In this document: positions 24,101-30,000 of the stretch, piece by piece | How positions within the stretch are numbered: position 1 is the stretch's first letter | Layout of the letters: each line of letters opens with the position of its first letter | NCBI GenBank assembly: GCA_965277805.1 | Contig: OZ255842.1 | Location: 3,456,001 to 3,520,000 of the forward strand | Direction: 5' to 3' | Source: Candidatus Lustribacter sp. | Lineage (GTDB): Bacteria > Vulcanimicrobiota > Vulcanimicrobiia > Vulcanimicrobiales > Vulcanimicrobiaceae | DNA: 64,000 nucleotides | Notes under the pieces: model-generated | Seen by the model: only the letters and a program-made list of their open reading frames with translations | What the model was told of the DNA's origin: nothing | Databases searched by the model: none | Program-made: the position numbers and the translations under genes

Positions 24101-27046
24101 GCCGTCCGAGAAATTGCCCGAGCCGTCCTGGCCCGTCTCGACGTTGCCGTTGCTATAGACGTAGACGGAGCCCGCGTCGTTGCCCGAACCGCCCGCGCCG
24201 CCCATCGAAAGAGCGATGCTGGGACCGACCGAAGCCGCGCCGGCCACGCTGAACCCGCCGCTGCCGCCGCCGCCGCCGATCGACTGCGCGACGATGCCCG
24301 ACGCATACGCGCCGTTCGTCGTGATGTTCGCGGCCGAGCCGAGCCCGTTGTACACGGTGACGGACTGCGCGAATCCGCCGGCGGCGCCGCCGCCGCCGAT
24401 CGCAAACGACGCCGCGCTGCCGCCGCCGAGCGCCGCGCCGACGCTGAGCCCGCCGTTGCCGCCGCCGCCGCCCAGCGATTGGGCGAGGATGCCGTCCGAA
24501 TCGTCGCCGCGGGTCGTGATGCTGTTCGTGCTTTGAACGTAGACGTTATTTGAAGACGCGCCGCTGCCGCCGCTCCCGCCGACCGCGAGCGCCGCGCCCG
24601 ATCCGAACGAGAAGTTCCCGGCCACGCTCGCGCCGCCGTCGCCGCCGCCGCCGCCGATCGACTCCGCAACGATGCCCGAGGAGCGATTGCCGACCGTCGT
24701 GATCGCGCCGCCGCTGCTGAAAATCGTGACCGTGCTGGCCGTCTGGCCGCTGCCGCCCGATCCGCCGACGCCGACGGCCGCCGAGGCGCCCGCGCTGAAG
24801 TCGAGCGAGGCCGCCAGCCCGCCGGTCCCGCCGCCGCCCCCGACGGACTGCGCGAAGATGCCGTTCGAATCGTCACCCGTAGTGCCGATGCCGGCCGCGT
24901 TAAACACCGTGACCGATTGCCCGATGCCGCCCGCCGCTCCCGAACCGCCGTAGGCGAGGCCGGCCCCGACCGCCGAGATCGTGGCCGCAACGCTGAAGCC
25001 GCCGTTGCCGCCGCCGCCGCCGATCGATTGGGCGAGGATGCCGTTGGAGTCGGCGTTCGCGGTGTTGATTTGACCGCTGTTGTTAACGTAGACCGTGTTG
25101 CCGTCGCCGCCGTGCAGGCCGGATCCGCCGACCGCAAGTCCGCCCGCGGCGAGCCCGAGGCTGCCCGAAATCGCAAAGCCGCCCGAACCGCCGCCGCCGC
25201 CGATCGACTGCGCGAAGATGCCGTCGGACAACTGGCCGCTGGTGGAAATGGAATTACTGTTGATGACGTTGACCGTGCCGGAGTCGCCGCCGGCGCCGCC
25301 CGTCCCGCCGACGGAAATCGCGACGGCCGCCAAACCGACCGCAGCCGAGAAAGCGAAACCACCGTTGCCGCCGCCGCCGCCGACCGACTGCGCTTGGATG
25401 CCGCTCGAGCGGTCGCCGAACGTCTGGATGCTGGCCGAACCGGTCGTGTCGACGAACACGTTGCCGCCGACGCCGCCGGAACCGGCGTTGCCGCCGATCG
25501 CAATCGCGCCGCTAAACCCGGCGCTCGCGGCGCTTCCCCCATTGCCGCCGCCGCCGCCGACCGACTGCGCCAGAATCGCCGACGAATCGTTGGAACGGGT
25601 CTCGAGATTGCCGGAGTTCGTGACGTTGACGTTGCCGCCGTCGCCGCCTTCACCGCCGCCGCCGCCGACCGAGAACCAGCCGGTCGCGCTGCCGCCGTTG
25701 CCGCCGCCGCCGCCGACCGACTGTGCGAAAATAGCCTGAGCTCCGTACGTGGCCTGCTGGCCGTTGACGAACAGACTCGATCCCGTCGCCCAAGTCGTGA
25801 CGTTGGCGGAATTGGTGACGTTGACGGTGCCGGCGCCGCTCGTCGACGAGCCGGTGCCGCCGACCGCAAACGCGCCGCTGCCGTTGCCGCCGTCGCCGCC
25901 GCCGCCGCCGACCGACTGCGCGAAAATGCCCTTGGACGCCACGCCGTAGGTGACGATCGAACCTTGCGTGTTGACGACAACGTCGCCGCCCGCGCCGCCC
26001 GTTTGGGCCGCGCCGCCGAATCCGACCAAGCCGGAACCGCTGCCGCCGGAGCCGCCGCCGCCGCCGACCGATTGCGCCAAAATCCCGTACGAACCGTTGT
26101 TGGTCGTTTCGATGCTCGACCCGGCATCCATGATCGCCGTCGCGTTACCGCCCGAGCCGCCGTTGGCGCCGTTGCCGCCGAACGATGCGAGACCCGCAAC
26201 GCTGCCGCCGCTGCCGCCGAATCCGCCGACGCTCTGCACGAACATGCCGAAGGCGGAGACGCCCTCGGTCAAAATCGAACCGCCGGTCTGCAATTCGCCG
26301 GTGGCGCTGCCGCCAGACTGCGCGTTGCTGCCCGAACCGGCGCTTCCATAGAAGAGACCAAAGCCGCCGCCGCCGTTGCCGCCGCCGCCGCCGACCGACT
26401 CGATGAACATCCCGTGGGCGCCGTCGCCGTAGGTCTGGATGGCGGTCTGGACTTGGACGTTGATGCTGCCGCCGAGCCCGCCCGCCGCTCCGCCGCCGCC
26501 GTCGCCGACGAAGCCGTCACCATCGCCGCCGTTGCCGCCGACGCCGCCGTCGCTCGAGCCGAAAACGCCGTAGCCTTTCGTCCCGGTCGTCGTTATCCCG
26601 AGCAGGTTGCTCAAGTTGATCGTGGCCGTCAGCGAGCCGCCGTTGCCGCCCGATCCGCCGTCGGCACCGCCGCCGCCGAGATAGTACGTGCCGCCGCTGC
26701 CGCCGTTGCCGCCGTTGTCGAAGATCGCGAAACCGCTGCCCGACGACGTGAAAATTGCGGTGCCGGGATTGCCGCTGGAATAGTTGACCGGCGAGCCCGG
26801 CGATGCGCCGTTACCGCCGCCGCCGCCGCTGTCGGGCGAAACGAACAATGCGCCGTCGCGGCCGTTGCCGCCGTCGCCGCCGCTGTCGTTGATCGACTGC
26901 GCGCCGATGCATGAAATCGTGTAACCGTTCGGATTCGGCAGCGTCGAGCAGTCGGTTGGATTCGCTTGCGCAGCGCGCGGCGAACATGCTGCGATCAGCG
27001 TTGCAACGACGACCGCAACCGTTACCGCAAACGATTTATGTTTCAC
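3176..27046 (-). CDS. Giant (7956 aa) Gly-rich repeat autotransporter / adhesin
   Basis: Single 23.9-kb ORF with N-terminal signal peptide, >100 copies of a GIxAQS(I/V/L)GGGGGxGG repeat, and a ~290-aa C-terminal beta-barrel-like domain ending in ASINLEQRF (terminal Phe). Confidence 0.93.
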   Translation of the reverse strand: MKHKSFAVTVAVVVATLIAACSPRAAQANPTDCSTLPNPNGYTISCIGAQSINDSGGDGGNGRDGALFVSPDSGGGGGNGASPGSPVNYSSGNPGTAIFTSSGSGFAIFDNGGNGGSGGTYYLGGGGADGGSGGNGGSLTATINLSNLLGITTTGTKGYGVFGSSDGGVGGNGGDGDGFVGDGGGGAAGGLGGSINVQVQTAIQTYGDGAHGMFIESVGGGGGNGGGGFGLFYGSAGSGSNAQSGGSATGELQTGGSILTEGVSAFGMFVQSVGGFGGSGGSVAGLASFGGNGANGGSGGNATAIMDAGSSIETTNNGSYGILAQSVGGGGGSGGSGSGLVGFGGAAQTGGAGGDVVVNTQGSIVTYGVASKGIFAQSVGGGGGDGGNGSGAFAVGGTGSSTSGAGTVNVTNSANVTTWATGSSLFVNGQQATYGAQAIFAQSVGGGGGNGGSATGWFSVGGGGGEGGDGGNVNVTNSGNLETRSNDSSAILAQSVGGGGGNGGSAASAGFSGAIAIGGNAGSGGVGGNVFVDTTGSASIQTFGDRSSGIQAQSVGGGGGNGGFAFSAAVGLAAVAISVGGTGGAGGDSGTVNVINSNSISTSGQLSDGIFAQSIGGGGGSGGFAISGSLGLAAGGLAVGGSGLHGGDGNTVYVNNSGQINTANADSNGILAQSIGGGGGNGGFSVAATISAVGAGLAYGGSGAAGGIGQSVTVFNAAGIGTTGDDSNGIFAQSVGGGGGTGGLAASLDFSAGASAAVGVGGSGGSGQTASTVTIFSSGGAITTVGNRSSGIVAESIGGGGGDGGASVAGNFSFGSGAALAVGGSGGSGASSNNVYVQSTNSITTRGDDSDGILAQSLGGGGGNGGLSVGAALGGGSAASFAIGGGGAAGGFAQSVTVYNGLGSAANITTNGAYASGIVAQSIGGGGGSGGFSVAGAASVGPSIALSMGGAGGSGNDAGSVYVYSNGNVETGQDGSGNFSDGILAQSIGGGGGNGGFAVGADLSATAGAAVGFGGSGGGGGKGLDVTVNSNGTVKTNGEGANGIAAQSIGGGGGNGGFSVAGSLAAAAGGSLSFAGAGGTGNQASSVTVSSTGSVITTGDDSAGILAQSIGGGGGQGGFSISAAVSAGAALAASFGGTGGPGSFSSAVTVSSGTAGSEAMIATEGQRSDGILAQSIGGGGGDGGFSVGAAGSGEASLAASLGGGGGTGSTAGNVTVTSFTNIMTGIDPATGKFTGNGDSSNGIQAQSLGGGGGSGGFSIAGSASFGVGAAGSIGGKGGSGDDAGIVTVTNVGSIFTAGEQANGIEAQSIGGGGGNGGYSIAGNLTIDAGAGLSLGGSGASGGKGMAVTATNVGNMGTYGDDSDAILAQSIGGAGGNGGFSVAGGLSTGASAALSFGGAGGTGSSAGNVVAGNGSTAFEGTIMTDGSRSSGIVAQSIGGGGGNGGFSVAGAVANGAISGSFGGSGAAGGNAGTVTVTNYSNIYTGDNPYATSLEGGPLPALVDNGIADDNSSSGIIAQSIGGGGGNGGFSIDGSASTYASGSLSFGGHGSGGGVAMGVSVFSVGNIGTAGDNSAGILAQSLGGGGGNGGFSAAGALSGGASASLTFGGGAGTGAQGGAVTVATYGSITTLGNDSSGIYAESVGGGGGSGGFSIAGTASGDAGLSASFGGAGGTGATSGAVTVNNGTISTGPGTYLNTVLSNITTSGDRSDGITALSIGGGGGSGGFSVAANASGGYSLGASFGGAGAAGSDAAAVSVESYGAIATGTGSGQDDDSDGIRAQSIGGSGGDGGFSVAASATLSAGGNVNFGGSGGDGGAGLSVFVASTGQITTDGEHSVGILAQSIGGGGGDGGFGISGGLAAGSTANLSFGGSGSVGGTASTVTVSSTGSIGTTGDDSSGIEAQSLGGGGGSGGFSIAGSIGSGAALSLGFGGKGAGGGAANNVSVTEAGTIIQTDGSRSDGILAQSIGGGGGDGGFSVAGSAGSGPAIAVGFGGKAGTGSDAGTVTVVSAANIHTGADGSGDFSDGIQAQSIGGGGGNGGFSIAASAGTSLTGSVGFGGSGSGGGNAMAVSVTSTGTIQTDGSHADGIAAQSIGGGGGNGGFAIAGSLSTSGTASVSFGGSGSNGGTASTVTVHSLGGIETDGSDSNGILAQSLGGGGGNGGFSITGSLSGSGSLSAAFGGKGGSGATAGNVFVTSGSSAVISNIITDGDRSNGILAQSIGGGGGNGGFSVDAVAAGGPALGASFGGTGGAGSNAGMVMVTSVGSIMTDGVESNGIAAQSIGGGGGNGGFAVAGALTTGVTGTVAFAGNGGLGDDGKFVKVTSTGNIGTGDSNSAGILAQSIGGGGGNGGFAVDGALTTGSAAGLAFGGGGAQGGDAGNVVVNSTTTSTAPGNDGIIMTVGDDSSGIQAQSIGGGGGNGGFAVDGTVTTGSSASVALGGSAAAGGTAGNVTVASQGANGGAAAIVTGGNSSAGIQAQSIGGGGGNGGFAVGGSIGNGTNVSVALGGSGASGGTAGMVTVTSNTAITTGGNGSVGIQAQSVGGGGGNGGFSVVGDISGSGRTIGVSLGGSGAAGGTSDAVTVTNGSTTSSVDIVTGGSSAAGIQAQSIGGGGGNGGFSVAGGLSAGNSINLSIGGSGGGGASSGAVSVTDYGDISTSGVQSDGIQAQSIAGGGGNGGFSIAGGASNAPSASFSLGGSGGSATSTTAGAVTVVSVGNISTRLDQSDGILAQSIGGGGGNGGFSIAATGANGSAASISAGGTGGAAGASGNVAVTSTGNIQTMGNESDGIAAQSLGGGGGNGGFSVAGTLSNGTSAAISLGGKGGTGGAAGTASVTSLTAVTIQTGGSSSNGILAQSLGGGGGNGGFSVAGDLSNGSGASVSLGGNGGMGSTGNDVTVTSDATIITNGSSSNGIEAQSVGGGGGNGGFSVAGTLANGSDAALSFGGSGGGGAKAGNVSVTNTGAGINTGTGDFSNGILAQSIGGGGGNGGFSVAGAGSTGKAASVTMGGSGGGASDAGNVTVISGYGTVADSIVTGGMQADGILAQSIGGGGGNGGFAVGASGSSGFNAAVTLGGSGALGGAAGDVTVAANTQVQTTNAFSAGIAAQSIGGGGGNGGFAVSGSVSNASSAALALGGSGGGGAIAGDVDLSSLQSISTGGDQSVGLLAQSIGGGGGNGGFSAAGGVSNGTSADISLGGAGGVGAHSGNVILDSGQAGGVVSITTGGEGSDGILAQAIGGGGGSGGMSVAAGLATTRVVPLSEGGTGGGGKDGGTVDVESYSTIATTGDQSAGLAAQSIGGGGGAAGMAIEGKLTKTGIGAGMGFGTGGAGGNSMAVTVGSFSQITTTGDESDGILAQSIGGGGGYGGIGVLGDVESDMGILMGGNSTDSGGNAGTVTVTSTGSIGTTGSVSNGILAQSIGGGGGDGGITVKFAGTTSGGAASALSLGLGRSGGAAGGADDVTVTSTGALIMTTGASSNGIEAQSVGGGGGNGGLVATGSATPGYAVGFSLGGSGGNGGDSGNVTVTNSSMLVTTNDISDGILAQSLGGGGGNGGFAIQAIASGSRTGQVAIGGSGGAASNGHDVTVTNSGNITTSGMQSVGIAAQSIGGGGGNGGFVIAGTISNGAQSAGLTLGGSGGGGGSAGDVTVSNTASIQTALDGSHGIEAQSIGGGGGNGGFSVAGGISDGSSFRVALGGSGGSGGIAGDVIVNSGTTTSTTTITTAGLNSIGILAQSVGGGGGAGGFGAAASAGTGATLDLGIGGTGGTGGDSKTVTVSNDSGIGTLGDYSAGIMAQSIGGGGGDGAFSIAASATLKTSGAMGIGGSGGTAGNAGAVTVTNSALISTGGAHSDGIEAQSVGGGGGDGGFTVAAALTAANGAGISLGGAGSGGGNAGAVSVTSTNSISTLDDESNGIFAESVGGGGGSGGMAITGGITAGSGNIGLAFGGNGSGGGSAAAVNVTSGTSTATALTTTGAHSDGILAQSIGGGGGDGGMSVQGGISSGASIGFSMGGSGAGGGVAGTVNVTDSSAVATTGDFSAGIAAQSIGGGGGSGGLSISGNASNKVTGSFAIGGGGGTASNGEAVGVTVSANIVTTGEHADGISAQSIGGGGGDGGFSVAGTISTGTGGAGLTMAGSGAGGGVGGTVAVNDIASVQTNGNDSHGIFAQSIGGGGGAGGMAVTGGISAGSGQIGLAFGGAGGAGGNASAVSVTTGQNVTGTEILTGTSTTGTHSDGILAQSVGGGGGDAGMAISGGIGVGTQAAFSLGGSGGAGGNAGTVTVVNNALIATQQEYSHGIAAQSIGGGGGDGGMAITGTVGSGLAADIGVGGSGGTAGNASAVSVTGTSQITTAGDHSDGILAQSVGGGGGDGGMAVSGSISKAANTAFTLGGSGGGGGVAGNVAVTQLGSIQTAGDTSDGILAQSLGGGGGSGGFALDGTFSGTGSLSLAFGGKGGTGGDAGTVTVLNSGATPTTGEILTGGLHADGILAQSIGGGGGDGGLSVAGTMDNGTGIAFSMGGSGGIAGAGKAVAVTNQSSITTTGDLAAAIAAQSIGGGGGSGGLAISGSVGSPSAADAASVDVAIGGGGGAGTNAGNVTVSNTGQITTGGTDSYGVFAQSAGGGGGSGGLSGTLAAATGSDAKNVSVSIGGTGGSGGAAGNVTVANNGEIQTTGVAGTAVYAQSVGGGGGDGGYGLAVDLGASTGAVDLSVALGGHGGSGGVAGDVTASNSGIISTTANNAEGIFAQSLGGGGGNGGMSVSAGVSVSTTGKQLGISLGGSGGTGNNAGNVLVDNTGTIVTTGDKASAVDAESIGGGGGNGGMSIAGAIGGTNLTVALGGSGGDAGNAGTVTVTNAGDISTGNALTGTGTQSYGIFAQSLGGGGGNGGLAFAGSAGVGGNAQLSISVGGSGAGGGTGNAVSVSDSGNIFTSGAQGNGIFAQSIGGGGGNGGMAFGASLLAGGDNVALSVAVGGTGGSGNTSSTVTVEHDSGVISTTGDQAIGILAQSIGGGGGTGGLSGTLAASAGADAKNIGISVGGSGGSGAASGDVTVNNDGQVYTNGLAASAIVAQSIGGGGGDGGYGISAQLGVSTGATDLSVALGGSGGTGGTAGDVGVTNTGTLSTYGDNANGIQAQSIGGGGGTGGMAISAAISVSPTGKQLGVTLGGNGGSGNDAGNVSVTNTGTIVTVGNTASGIDAESLGGGGGDGGMAISGAIGGTNLTIALGGSGGDAGNAGNVSVTNTGDIGTGSTTSGTQSYGIFAQSLGGGGGNGGMAFSGSAGAGSDASAEISVALGGTGGGAGTAGNVDVNDNGNIVTSGDGAHGIFAQSLGGGGGNGGFTFAGSLLAGSAGGANTTMTLAFGGSGGAGNTSGTVTVLHQGGIQTSGDGAYGIDAESIGGGGGNGGFSGALAAGTGAESKSISATFGGAGGAGSASSDVSVTNTGDIITTGSAATGVDALSLGGGGGDGGFGLAASIGPSSGSTNLSFAFGGSGGGGGTSGNVSVNNTGGISTQGNNALGILAQSIGGGGGDGGMSIAADASVVTSARQLSLAFGGSGGTGNDSGTVGVTNSGTIVTQGDNAAAIDAESIGGGGGRGGMAIAGALGGMNLTLAFGGSGGDAGNAGAVTVNNTGDIGTGNAANGTGLDSYGIFAESLGGGGGNGGASFSGAASAGSDQVQASLALGGAAGGGGTAGDVGVTDNGTIVTSGAGAHAIFAQSLGGGGGNGGMSFAGDASLGGANIALTIAIGGGGGAGNTSGNVSVTHGGDIATSGQGAEGVLAQSIGGGGGNGGFSGTLAAGTGADAKNVAITVGGAGGSGSASGNVTVGNTGNIVTTGQAATGVDAESIGGGGGNAGFGLAMALGTSSGSTNVSLALGGKGGSAGTAGDVNVTNSGTISTTGDNALGVLAESIGGGGGNGGFSVAADITAAASSKQLGVSIGGAGGTGNDAGTVGVTNAGTIVTTGNAAAAIAAESLGGGGGNGGMAISGSLVGSNINLALGGSGAGAGNAGNVNVSNAGNIETGNATANSGTNSYGVFAQSLGGGGGNGGLSIGADAGNGSAQIGLSIGGSGGAAGTGGDVTVADSGVIITNGTDAHGIFAQSVGGGGGNGGAGFAASAGTSNANALDIALGGGGGAGTNSGNVTVTHDTGDIDTLGQGANGIYAQSLGGGGGTGGFSGTLAAGTGASTKHVAIDIGGTGGDGGAAGNVSVSNTSNVVTTGSAANGIVAESQGGGGGDGGFALAVDLSNGAGATNASMSFGGNGGSGGSAGTVTVNNTGIVSTSTDNSTGIFAQSLGGGGGNGGFAVAAGISTSQTAKQLALSLGGSGGTGNDASGVTVTNSGTVVTTGDNAIGISAQSQGGGGGNGGLAVSGALGGMNIALGLGGSGGDAGNAGNVSVTNTGDVGTGDATNGTGTNSYGIFAESLGGGGGNGGLAISADAGSSTDAKAEVAISVGGTGAAGGTGGDVNVDDSGNVVTSGNGAHAIFAQSIGGGGGNGGGSVSGSVAKTTTDVNTVALSLGGSGGTGNTGGDVTVTHDTGGISTSGDGAYGIDAQSVGGGGGTGGFAATLAAGTGTDTKHVAVALGGTGGTGGAAGDVTVQNDGEVYTSGAASTGIYAQSLGGGGGDAGFALGVAIGPTMGAVNVSVALGGTGGTGGVGGNVNVTNTGNVITNTDNAEGINAESIGGGGGNGGVSVTADVSNNAANKNLSLSLGGSGGTGNNAGNVNVNNTGAVSTVGDNAAGIDAESVGGGGGRGGLSVAAGISGMNMSVALGGSGGGAGNGGDVTVNNSGDVLTGSYDPTTDVITGTKSYGIEATSIGGGGGNGGMSFAAGAGSGSNKAQAEIGVSVGGSGGAGGTGGNVAVNADGNVLTIGAEAHGIFAQSIGGGGGNGGFSFAGSSLRNTDKGGANVSVAMAVGGGGGTGNDGGTVTVTHDTGQIVTIGDGAMGIFAQSIGGGGGNGGGSRAFTQLSDAKKCDAGSTTCGTQNWNLAASIGGSGAGASNGGAVTVTNGGQISTSGGDAADIFAQSVGGGGGTGGDGNNGLIGPALNALVGITGVSVPSSDGSRRSEQTVGGAQTEAATTPAPATQSVQQSVYQNLQLNVGGSGGSSGNGADVNVTNSGALFATGDGAQAIFAQSVGGGGGVGGAGSTGVKGGIGIGGSGGSSGNGGDVAVTNTGMITTGGAAGYGVFAQSIGGGGGAAGNINRGLGKLDLGSGIAVGNTGGGGGNGGKVTVNNTGDIVTAGAGAEGIFAQSIGGGGGVAGSSGNSLTATSAVAALALAGSAGAAGAGGDVNVVETGNITTSGANADGIFAQSVGGQGKGGNVNVTVIGSVVALGTGSDGVVAQSTGGTVAATQSVATNVRTVQGSRVGINNTTVTPQDASATSNSGNVTVTITDGTTIQAGPGAVGVRLVGGANNMLINDGTIMTSDGLNGTAVSDTDGNNTIQNNGYLVGSLALGTGKSDLTNTKGYVAGTTLGLGTGTFTNLGQFSVGGTSNVGVTTLTGSFVQFGGDSLVDLDLSHKIADQLNLNAVASIGGNIDLTLLNIPTALPGTYKFDIVTAQGGLTAPNVVLNAPVSAIATYALSTVNNTDLRLTWTINYSPNFGLDGDSLGYSRSMFGNYLAAIQNAGSNTAFGNLISSIFAIPDGATLANLYSHISPGSLAPIEFTTLTSSQQFANRMMSCGYIASSCEWGSLDSFALNQSVTANTVGVGSLGAGFNYGSEQAIGRGWSLGGGIQYEQHSMTLNGGVASASGDLLQGGLFVGHRTAHGTSVNAGVTYGWEDDSTQRNVNYPDPSIVSLGRLQSSVIGTHLRLAHEYDRSTTAFTPYVDLSATRINVMNDLEHGNAGFLTANLAGHGDTFTAGQAGINIDPRAGIGNTGFTPSLRLGMTQSLGNPQTTVAGSLIGAPAGVQNFELPSKFDKTAFDVAPSLSTNQRPGQMNVRLSGDYRVSGRSQGLTASINLEQRF
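5030..26600 (-). repeat. Coding tandem repeat array, ~62-65 aa units (AQSIGGGGG repeat)
   Basis: Recurrent gccgccgccgccgatcga(t/c)tgcgc on the plus strand every ~185-195 bp; about 110-115 units estimated from the period, not counted exactly. Confidence 0.95.
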
Positions 27047-30000
27047 GGCGTCACGACGATGTTGATCGGCAACGTATGCGCGACGCCGCTCGGTCCGGTT
27101 GCAACGAGGCTGATGTTATACGTGCCCTGTTGCGTGTTGCCCGACGGTCCCGACGACGTTCCGGGCACGAGCGTACCGGCAATGACCGTGCCCGGCGCAA
27201 TTGCCGACGGCGTCACGACGCCGGCCGGCAGCTGATTCGTCGAGACCGCGCCGACTTGCCCCGTACCGGCGACGATGTCGCCCGTGCCGTTTTGCAGATT
27301 CGGTGTGCCTTGACCGGGGCCGGGCGTTCCGCCGTTGCCGCCGGTTGCCGGCGTCGGCGTCGGGAGCGACGGACCGCTGCTGCCGAAACCATTACCGCTG
27401 CCGACACCGGGCAACGTGCTTCCGCCACCACCGCCGCCGCACGCCGCCAATACGGCGACGCTCAAGATCGCTGCGCCCATCGCAACTTTGCGATTGCGGC
27501 GCCACAAGAATGCGAACAGCGTGAAGATGCCGCCGGCAATCGGAAGCGCGGCATGGCGAATCGCGCGTGCCATCGGCGTGACGGAACCGCTGTTCGATCC
27601 CGTCGTCGTCAGCGTCACGTTCACGCTCACGGGCGTCGTACCGGAAACCGTGACCGGCGATGACGTGCACACGGCTCCCGTCGGCAGTCCGGAACACGTG
27701 ACCGTTACCGTACCGTTGAATGAAGACGCGCCCGTCAACGTGACCGGAATCGTCATGCTCTGTCCGGCGCCCAGCGTTTGCTGGTTCGCGATCGTCGAAC
27801 CGATGGCGAAATCCGTGACGTTGCCGTTGGTGACGTTGAACGTAACACCCGACGACATCGACGATTGATTTTCGGAATCGCCACCGTAATTTGCGGTGAT
27901 CGTATGCGATCCGGCAGCTAGCGACGTGGTGGTCAACGTTGCGCGCGCGTGCCCGTCGAGCGACGCCGTGCCGATCGTCGTGCCGCCGTCCTTATATGTA
28001 ACGGTGCCGGTCGGGACATCGGGGACGCTGCCGGAGATCGCCGCAGTGAACGTTACCGGCGATCCGAGTGCAGCGCTGCTCGACGTCGCCGAAAGCGCCG
28101 TCGTCGTTGCGAACTGTGCAACCACGAACCCGACGATCGCTGAAGTGCTCGCACCATCATTGCTGTCGCCGCCGTACGTCGCGGTCAAATTGTGCGTGCC
28201 CGCTCCGCTGAACTGCGTGGTAATCGCTGCCGAGCCGCTGGCGAGCGTTTGCGTCGAGCCGATCTGCGTGCCGCCGTCGAAAAACTTGACGGTGCCTCCA
28301 TTGGGAGGCGATGAGCCCGTAACCGTCGCCGTTAGCACGACGTTCTGGGTCGGCGCAGCGGACGACGGTGCAACGCTCAATCCGGTCGAGCTCAAGCTCG
28401 TGCCGACGTTCTCGATCACGGATCCCTGAGCGGCCGTATTGTTCGTGTCACCGCTATACGCGGCGGTAATCGTGTACTGACCCGTGTTGAGGGTCGACAG
28501 CGACACGCTGGCCGAGTTGCCCGAGAGCGCCGGCGTCCCGAGCGGCGTTCCGCCGGGATTTTTCGTGAACGCAACCGTTCCCGTAGGCGACGCGCCGGTA
28601 CTCGTCACCGTCGCGGTGAAGGTGACGTTCGTGAACGGCGTCGTCGGGTTCGGGACCGCAACAACGTTCGTCGTTGCCGTCGCTTTCGAAGCGGTGAAGG
28701 TCGCAGTCGCCGTTGACCCGCCGTCTGCGCCACTATACGTTGCAACGATCGTGTGCGACGTGCCGGACAGATTGCTCACCGTCACCGATGCTTGGCCGCC
28801 CGAGAGGGCCGGGTTTCCGATGCCGCTGCTGTTGTCGGTGAACTGTACGTTGCCGGTCGGCGTCGAGCCGTCCGAAGCGGTGACGACGGCGGTGTAGGTC
28901 GGATTCGTTCCGAGGAACGGCGTCGCCGGCGAAATCGTCAGTGCGGTCGTCGTCGACGCGTTGCCGACGACCACGGTCTGCGCCGATGACCCCGAGCCGT
29001 TGAAACTCGTCGTCGCAGCGTAGGTCGCGGTGATGCTGTGACTGCCGGTCGGCGTCGCGGTCCAATTGTAGGTCGCTTGCCCGGCGCCGTTGACCGGTCC
29101 GGTACCCAGCGTCGTCGCGCCGTCGGAGAACGTCACCGTTCCGGTCGTCACGGGTGTCGTCGTCCCACTTATGGAGACCGTGGCCGTCAGCAGGTCCGGG
29201 GAGTTCAACCCGGGCGCCGTCGTTGCTGCGGCGAGCGTCGTCGCCGTATTGGCGGGCGTGATGGTGAACGCGCCCATCGTGCCGTGCGATGCGGCGAAGT
29301 TGATCGAACTCGAATAGCAGGCGGTGATCGTGTGCGAACCCGCGCCGAGTTGCGTCGTGACCAGCGTCGCCGTTCCGTTGGCGAGCGGCGCATTTCCAAG
29401 TACGTTCGACGAGCAATTGCTCGAGCCGTCGGCGAACGCAACGCTGCCGCCGGGGACGCCCGCCGATGACGTCACGCTCGCCGTGAGCGAAACGTTGGAA
29501 CCGGCCGTCGTCGTCGGAGGCGGCGTGCCGGCCGTCGTCGTGGTCGCCGCCTGGTTGATGGTCACGGTGAATGGCGACGCGGCGCTGGACGCGGAAAACT
29601 GCGAGACCATCGGCGGCACGTACGTCGCCGTGATCGAGTGCGTCCCGCCGCCGAGTGCGGTCGTCGCTACCGAAGCGCTGCCGGCGCTAAGCGGGCCCGA
29701 TGCGATGACCGTGACATTCGGACTCGTGCCTTCAGTAAAGTTGACGGTGCCGCTCGGCGTGCCGCCCGAGCTCGTCACGGTCGACGAGAGCGTCACGCTG
29801 CTTCCGAACGTCTGCGTTGTCGGATTCGCGCTGCCGGTGGTCGTGGTGCCCGTTCCAACCGTCACGTTGATCGTGGTCGCAAACACGTACGGCGAGCCGT
29901 CGGAGTATTGGAACGCAATTGCGTGAACGCCGGCTTGCGAAATGCCGGTCGTCGTGAACGTCATGACGCCGCCGGCTCCCACCGCGACACCGGTCGAGAG

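Noticed and set aside
5030-26600. Regularly spaced repeats resembling a CRISPR array or microsatellite
   Set aside because: Repeats are in-frame coding units with synonymous variation and a ~190-bp period; no cas genes
3215-27000. Dozens of long plus-strand ORFs (PPPPPPIDCA-rich or AAAAADRLR-rich, up to 1239 aa) and alternative-frame minus ORFs (RSAAAA)
   Set aside because: Antisense or off-frame shadows of the GGC-rich autotransporter repeats; stop-codon scarcity is expected at this GC and codon bias
3176-27046. PE-PGRS or RTX assignment for the Gly-rich protein
   Set aside because: No PE domain or regular GGxGxDxL nonapeptides; it has a Sec signal and an autotransporter-like C-terminus
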